Part shown: piece after piece, positions 58,445-64,000 of the stretch
Layout of the letters: each line of letters begins with the position of its first letter
Position numbering within the stretch: position 1 is the first letter of the stretch
Origin: a virus
Taxonomy: Duplodnaviria > Caudoviricetes
IMG/VR virus record: IMGVR_UViG_3300032030_000007
Location: 1 to 64,000 of that record
DNA: 64,000 bases
Reading direction: 5' to 3' (one strand)
Translations under genes and position numbers: made by a program
The notes under the pieces: generated by a model
The model's input: only the letters and a program-made list of their open reading frames with translations
What the model was told of the DNA's origin: nothing
The model's database searches: none

Positions 58445-58642
58445 TTAAAATTTAGATATATTTTTAATTTTTTTCAATAAATCCCAAATTATTTTCAATG
58501 GCCAAAAAACAATACAGCATAATAATAAAAATGATAATATTGGATTATCATTTCTTTCTATTTCATGTCTGTATTTTTTTACAAACCAATATACGGTTAA
58601 CGTAATCCCTATAATGTAATAAATAAGGGCACATATACTCAT
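58445..58642 (-). CDS. Small membrane protein
   Basis: Two TM segments, FWP motif. Confidence 0.6.
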   Translation of the reverse strand: MSICALIYYIIGITLTVYWFVKKYRHEIERNDNPILSFLLLCCIVFWPLKIIWDLLKKIKNISKF

Positions 58643-58680
58643 TACTTTAATATTAATGTTTTATAAAAATAATATCAAAG

Positions 58681-58878
58681 TTAAGCATATTTCCCCTTAA
58701 TTTTATCTATTTCTATTTGTAAACCTTCTATTGATAATGCCATTATTTCACTTAATGGAAAATGCTCAGTAAATTGAGCATCCTTTTGTTCTTTTAATAG
58801 TTTTCTTAATTTAATTTCTCTTTCAAAATTCTTTAGATTAATTAAGTCTTCAAAATCTGTAATGTCTTTATATTTCAT
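58681..58878 (-). CDS. Hypothetical protein
   Basis: ORF. Confidence 0.55.
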   Translation of the reverse strand: MKYKDITDFEDLINLKNFEREIKLRKLLKEQKDAQFTEHFPLSEIMALSIEGLQIEIDKIKGKYA

Positions 58879-59263
58879 TATCTATCATTCTTTGTGTTTG
58901 CTGTTTTAAACGTGATCTTCGTAATTCTCGCCCGCGTCTCTTGATTGATTTATTTAGTCTTCGTTCATAAATGTCTCCCCAACGAGAATCAAAACCAACT
59001 AAATTGTTTCCTTTATAAAGAACACCAGTAGTCTTAAATTCTTTAAGAAGCCTACGATTTCGTTTCTTATTAGGATGACGACAATTATTTAATGTATCAT
59101 TTAATGGATTAAATTTTTGTTCTGTTGTATATGAATAATCAAAATCAGAAGTATCACCAGGCTTATATTCCTTCCAACCAGTCTTAAGACCTTGTGGATA
59201 TTCTGTTACTTCTTTATTATGCTTATACTTATATCTCGAATTAAATGACTTACTCATAATCAA
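58868..59263 (-). CDS. Basic, Arg/Lys-rich hypothetical protein
   Basis: KKRNRR, KRRGRELRRSRLK. Confidence 0.6.
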   Translation of the reverse strand: MIMSKSFNSRYKYKHNKEVTEYPQGLKTGWKEYKPGDTSDFDYSYTTEQKFNPLNDTLNNCRHPNKKRNRRLLKEFKTTGVLYKGNNLVGFDSRWGDIYERRLNKSIKRRGRELRRSRLKQQTQRMIDNEI

Positions 59264-59910
59264 TACTTAACTACATAACATCTAAAATATTTATACCAAA
59301 ATTCAATCAACTTGCGCTTCCATTTCTTAGGAGCATAAAGTTCAATAGTCTTACGATGGTTGAATGCCCATTTATAATTATCAATATCATCAATAGGAAT
59401 CCATTTAACGGAATCTACTTCATTTTCCTCTCCACCTTCACGTTTTACATATGATGGCTTAATCTTACCAAGAAATGCACGATGACGAATAGTTACATTT
59501 CCGTTATTACATTCCTCAGGTTCTGTCTCAACATGAACAACTTCAAGATCATCCAAATCAATTCTAAATCCACATTCCTCAAGAATCTCTCGAGCAATAC
59601 CTTCCTTAGAATTTTCAAATCTTTCAAGGAATCCACATACAGCATTCCAACATCCTTGATAATCTGGAGTACCTGGACCACGAAGATTTGCAAGAATAGA
59701 ATACTTACCATCTACAATTGCATATATAAAACCAGATACAGCAACAAATCGTCCAGAGAAAACTGTCTTTGGTTTACCTGTGCATTTATACGTTTCTTTC
59801 TTTGACTTATTAGTTACTAATTGTTCAACATCCTCAGGGAGCCATGCCTTATAAGGAAAATTCTTACCGTACTTTTCTAAATTCTCTTGATTAATTCCTT
59901 TGAAAACCAT
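59260..59910 (-). CDS. Nudix hydrolase (ADP-ribose pyrophosphatase-like)
   Basis: Nudix box GFLERFENSKEGIAREILEECG; WAFNH. Confidence 0.88.
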   Translation of the reverse strand: MVFKGINQENLEKYGKNFPYKAWLPEDVEQLVTNKSKKETYKCTGKPKTVFSGRFVAVSGFIYAIVDGKYSILANLRGPGTPDYQGCWNAVCGFLERFENSKEGIAREILEECGFRIDLDDLEVVHVETEPEECNNGNVTIRHRAFLGKIKPSYVKREGGEENEVDSVKWIPIDDIDNYKWAFNHRKTIELYAPKKWKRKLIEFWYKYFRCYVVKY

Positions 59911-59995
59911 AAATTAAATGTTTAAAATTATTGATAATAATATAGACAAAAAAAGGAACATATTCAATGTTCCTTTATTGTTTTTTAATTATAAT

Positions 59996-62900
59996 TTATA
60001 ATTTTTTTTCCAATATATATTCTGAAAGTGATTTTGATTTAAACATTTCTTCCAAGAATAAATCTAAATTATCATATTTGTTTAAGCTTTCATTTGTTTC
60101 AGGATCTATATGATTTAATAATTTATTATATTGTTTTCCTTCTTTTTTGTTTCCACCAAATATTCCTCTTACAAAATTCTTAAGTTTAGACCAAAAACCG
60201 CTACCTTTTTTAGTGTTTTCTGATTTATGTTGTGCAAGTTTATATGAAGAAGCTTTTTTAGATATGTCTTCTATTTTTTCTGGTTTTATTTTTCCATCTT
60301 TCCCAATAGCATCAGGATCAATTTCTTTAACTGCTTTTATTGTTTCTTCATCGGCATTTTTTAATTTTTCATCATATTCTTTTTTCTTATCTTCTTCATA
60401 TTTCTTATCATCTTCATTTTGAGCAATACTGGATGAAGATCCATTAAATATAAAATCCTTCGCAGATTTTGGATTATTTAAAATATTTGTAATTTCTCCA
60501 TTTGTTAAACTACCAAATTCTTTACGTTTAGCATTTTCATCACCAATTGTTTTAAATTTATCACTATCTTTATTATCGCAAGGATTTAATATTGTAAATC
60601 CTCTAAGATATTCAGTTTGCTTATTTAAAATATCTCCTAACATTATCGATAGATTTTCTTTAGATGTTCCACCCTTAATTTCAATAAATTCATAATTATC
60701 ACTAATGCCTTTTAATGTAAATACATCTTTACGAGGTCCATTATCATCTGAATTACTTAAATCAATAACATAATTATAAGCAATCATTAAAATTGGTTTT
60801 TCATCTTCATTAGTATCTTCAGTTTTATCAGATTCTTCATCTTTAGATTTTTTAGAATCATCTTCCAAATCTTTAGGTAATGGAGCATCCATTTTTTTCA
60901 ATTCATCTTCAGCTTCCTTTTTAGATGTTGTAACATCATTATTATCTTCAGTTTTTTCAACTTTTTCTTCAGTATCTTTATTAACTATATCTTCATCGAT
61001 TTTTAAAGGAGCCCATTCTTCTTTAGGTTTCCATTCCTTTTCATCAACATCTAATGCGATTTCATCAATAGTTAATAAATGATCAATCATTTTTTTATAT
61101 GTAGCAATTATAACGTCTTCATTTTCATTTTTCATAAATTGACTTTTCAAAATTGCTGCATCTATAAATGCATCTCGATATGCATTATATGATTCTTCTG
61201 TATCTGGACCTTTCCATACACAATAATGAACTGCTAATAATTCAATATCCTTAGGACCAAATACATTATTTTTAGGGTTATCATCAGTTGCTCTCTTCTT
61301 TACTAGTTCATAAGGTTCATATTTGTAATCCTTATCATAAATAAATTTACTTGTTTTATTTGATTCATTTAAAGTAAATATTGAATCTAATAATATTTTA
61401 GTATTACCCTTGAAATCACCCTTCTTTTGATCATCTGTTGCTTTATTGTTTTCTTCTCCGATTTTTGTTAAATATAAATTCTTAAGATCAATAAAGTTTT
61501 GTTTAATATCTTTAACTAATTTAGTTTTTTCATCTTCTTCTGATTCATATATTAAATAATCATGTAAAGATTTCAAAGATTCATTCTTTTCTATTTTATT
61601 TCCATAAAAAACTATTACTTCTCCATCTTTATTTATTTTTTCAAAATTAGATTTGAACGTTTTTAATTTTTCTTCTAAATCTTTCTTCTTATCTTCATCT
61701 TCTTCCCTTAATTTATCTTTAAGTTCCTTATAATATTGATTATTTGTTTCTTTTATAATATTTGTTATTTTTTCTAATTCTTTTACATGATCTGTAGCTT
61801 TTTCTTTTTTAACACCATCTTTACCTACTTCATATATATATTTCTTTTTATCAGTTCCTAACCTAACTTGGAATCCTCCATTATTCTGAAACGCATATTC
61901 AACAGATGGAATTGTTGTTAACATGCTAGATGCAGCCTTTACTATTTCTGAAGATACTGTAGCAATTTTTTCAAACGTTCCTCCAATTATAGAAAATTGA
62001 TTTTGATATCCTAAATCAATTCCGCTTTTTAATAATTTTTGTATTTGCTCACCAGTTAATTCTGCTTGTACAATAGATCCTGCTTTTGCATATATTTTTT
62101 TCAAAGGACCATTAACGATATCATTATGATCAATTTTTCCAACAGTCTTTTCAATTGCTTTAAACCAAGAAGCATCAGAATGTCCATTTAAGAATACTGT
62201 GTATTTTCCATTAGTATTTAATTTGGAAGGATTAATACCTTGTTCTTTCAGCCAATTTAATGCTTTCATTGAAGTATTAAATGGTTTCGATGGTAAATTA
62301 TCTGCTATTTCTTTAGCACTTTTACCAGCATATTCTATTGTTTTTACAATTTTATCATAGTTAATATGTTGTGCAAAAGAATCAGTAATTTCTTTAAATG
62401 ATGAACTAAAATCATCAAAACTAAATTTACCTTCTGAAATCATTTTAGTAAATGCAGCAAAACCTCTAGTTAATACATCTGGTTGAATTCCTAAATTTGC
62501 TTTACCTAATAAATCACATCCAGTTTTTGAAAATTCACTTAATATTTTTCCACCATCTCCAATTAAAGAATTAAAGTTAAATGCTAAAGCAATAATAGAT
62601 GCGATCATTCCAATTACAGTTATCCATTTTTGTAATTTTTTATATGTACCCCATTCTTTTCTAACTTTCTGCCATTGTTTCCATAATTTAACAATCTTAT
62701 ATCCATTCCACGCTAGTTTACATGCAAGCGGTACTAATAGAGCAATAAATGTTCCTGGGAATACTGCACAAACAACGCCAGGTATAACTACACAAACAGA
62801 TGCCCATATTAAGAATTGCTTAAATCCAGACCAAAGCATTTGCTTAACACCCTTCTTATCAGCTTGTTTTACAGTTTTTGATGTGTCTTTTGTATCTTCT

Positions 62901-63631
62901 TGATTTTTGGATTCTTCATCTTCAATAATTAATTGTTGTCCATAAGCTTCAAAAGATTCATTTGCAGTTTCTGATTTAAAATCGTATATATCGTTTCCTT
63001 TTATTGCATCTGGATTTTTTGCTAAATCTTGTCCAATTGCATCTATATCTTCATCTTTAACATTAAATCCCATTTTCTCAAATAATTGCTTAATGGTACA
63101 ATTGAATTTTTCCAAAAGTTCCATTAATCTATTTGCCATTTCTTTAACAGACTTAATTGTCTTATTAGCAAAATCTTTTATTATTTGATTAACTTCCTTA
63201 ATTTTTGTTTTAACATTATCGTATGCTTGTAATGTTTTATCTTTACCTTGTTTTAAAACATTAACAACATTTTGATATACTTTAGAATTTTTAAATCCTT
63301 CATTTATTTCTAAAGCATCATTAATATATTGTTCATATACATTAAGTTCTTCTAATAATGTTTCTTTATAGTCTTCACATATAAAAATGAAAAAATCACG
63401 AGCAGTTATAGATTCATCTAATGTTAATTTATAATTGTATGAAGCTTCATTAACTGGATTATAAAGGTTATTATATGTATATTGACCAAATTTTTGTAAA
63501 AGATTATCTATATCTTTTCCATGTTCAATAATTAATTGAGATTCATTAATCATTCTAATATTATTATTTAATGATTCATCAATATTAGAATATCCATTAT
63601 TGATATTTATATACTTTGTTAATGATTGCAT
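59996..63631 (-). CDS. Large virion (internal head/ejection-like) protein with TM helices and multiple protease-type sites
   Basis: Repeated (I/L/V)xE(S/G/A) and SLxxY(I/L)xE motifs; hydrophobic stretch at about aa 265-350; low-complexity acidic tracts. Confidence 0.6.
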   Translation of the reverse strand: MQSLTKYININNGYSNIDESLNNNIRMINESQLIIEHGKDIDNLLQKFGQYTYNNLYNPVNEASYNYKLTLDESITARDFFIFICEDYKETLLEELNVYEQYINDALEINEGFKNSKVYQNVVNVLKQGKDKTLQAYDNVKTKIKEVNQIIKDFANKTIKSVKEMANRLMELLEKFNCTIKQLFEKMGFNVKDEDIDAIGQDLAKNPDAIKGNDIYDFKSETANESFEAYGQQLIIEDEESKNQEDTKDTSKTVKQADKKGVKQMLWSGFKQFLIWASVCVVIPGVVCAVFPGTFIALLVPLACKLAWNGYKIVKLWKQWQKVRKEWGTYKKLQKWITVIGMIASIIALAFNFNSLIGDGGKILSEFSKTGCDLLGKANLGIQPDVLTRGFAAFTKMISEGKFSFDDFSSSFKEITDSFAQHINYDKIVKTIEYAGKSAKEIADNLPSKPFNTSMKALNWLKEQGINPSKLNTNGKYTVFLNGHSDASWFKAIEKTVGKIDHNDIVNGPLKKIYAKAGSIVQAELTGEQIQKLLKSGIDLGYQNQFSIIGGTFEKIATVSSEIVKAASSMLTTIPSVEYAFQNNGGFQVRLGTDKKKYIYEVGKDGVKKEKATDHVKELEKITNIIKETNNQYYKELKDKLREEDEDKKKDLEEKLKTFKSNFEKINKDGEVIVFYGNKIEKNESLKSLHDYLIYESEEDEKTKLVKDIKQNFIDLKNLYLTKIGEENNKATDDQKKGDFKGNTKILLDSIFTLNESNKTSKFIYDKDYKYEPYELVKKRATDDNPKNNVFGPKDIELLAVHYCVWKGPDTEESYNAYRDAFIDAAILKSQFMKNENEDVIIATYKKMIDHLLTIDEIALDVDEKEWKPKEEWAPLKIDEDIVNKDTEEKVEKTEDNNDVTTSKKEAEDELKKMDAPLPKDLEDDSKKSKDEESDKTEDTNEDEKPILMIAYNYVIDLSNSDDNGPRKDVFTLKGISDNYEFIEIKGGTSKENLSIMLGDILNKQTEYLRGFTILNPCDNKDSDKFKTIGDENAKRKEFGSLTNGEITNILNNPKSAKDFIFNGSSSSIAQNEDDKKYEEDKKKEYDEKLKNADEETIKAVKEIDPDAIGKDGKIKPEKIEDISKKASSYKLAQHKSENTKKGSGFWSKLKNFVRGIFGGNKKEGKQYNKLLNHIDPETNESLNKYDNLDLFLEEMFKSKSLSEYILEKKL

Positions 63632-63660
63632 ATATTAGTAAATTTATATTTAAATATATT

Positions 63661-63696
63661 AAAAATAAAAAAGTAAACACATTAAGTGTTTACTTT
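63661..63696 (-). terminator. Intrinsic terminator
   Basis: AAAGTAAACAC-ttaat-GTGTTTACTTT plus T-run. Confidence 0.65.
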
Positions 63697-63817
63697 TACT
63701 AATATAATTCTAAAATTAATTCTTTTGATTTCGTAACTCCATTAGGATTCATATAAGTAAATGCACAAGACCTATATGATAATGATACATCTACTATATC
63801 AATTAATTGTCTTCATA

Positions 63818-64000
63818 TTACCAAAGTCTACGATCTACTCTATTATCTATAAGCCACTCAATATGCTCTTTTAAGTCACGTTCTCTCATTTCTTTTTTGA
63901 TCTCAATATCAGGATCAAATCTATTATATTCATATGCATGACATGTAGTTCTTCCGAACTTATAATTTCTCATTGCGCCGTCTCTGCCACAATTTTCATA
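63818..64000 (-). CDS. Partial hypothetical protein (5'-truncated)
   Basis: Open frame from the window edge: YENCGRDGAMRNYKFGRTTCHAY...RRLW*. Confidence 0.5.
   Translation of the reverse strand, partial: YENCGRDGAMRNYKFGRTTCHAYEYNRFDPDIEIKKEMRERDLKEHIEWLIDNRVDRRLW

Noticed and set aside
2254-60422. Other short antisense or nested ORFs in the track (e.g. 2254, 3646, 7804, 8709, 22756, 29856, 32364, 34095, 39353, 48103, 59482, 60147)
   Set aside because: Contained within well-supported genes on the opposite strand or frame, with atypical composition
1-64000. TAG-to-Gln recoding as in Lak megaphages
   Set aside because: Long genes are intact in code 11, coding density is high, TAG ends some genes cleanly (15356, 57935) and no suppressor tRNA was found

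Overview
AT-rich, densely coding segment of a large (jumbo/mega) T4-like phage genome. The host is probably Bacteroidota (Prevotella/Bacteroides-like), inferred from the PncB, DnaK, GT25 and BACON-type proteins. It reads in the standard genetic code and is mostly on the minus strand. It carries a partial neck-like gene, a primase-SF2 helicase fusion, many small hypothetical genes under a recurring TTGAAT-N16-18-TATATT promoter, and RNA repair genes (Rnl2 ligase, two HAD phosphatases, Ro60/TROVE). It also carries DnaK-Hsp20-DnaJ, a complete deamidating NAD salvage set (pncA, pncB, nadD, nadE) plus two ADP-ribosylglycohydrolases and a Nudix, a radical SAM/SPASM gene paired with a 952-aa BACON/Cys-repeat protein, a tmRNA whose 5' end is duplicated around a GIY-YIG homing endonuclease, and a tRNA array in which every canonical tRNA is Arg. 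The best candidate for a new system is an unannotated 23-aa Arg-rich leader peptide with mutually exclusive antiterminator/terminator hairpins (58223-58374). It lies upstream of the Arg-only tRNA array and several aberrant tRNA-like RNAs, suggesting the phage senses tRNA-Arg shortage and switches on replacement tRNAs. All family calls are by motif recognition; no searches were run.
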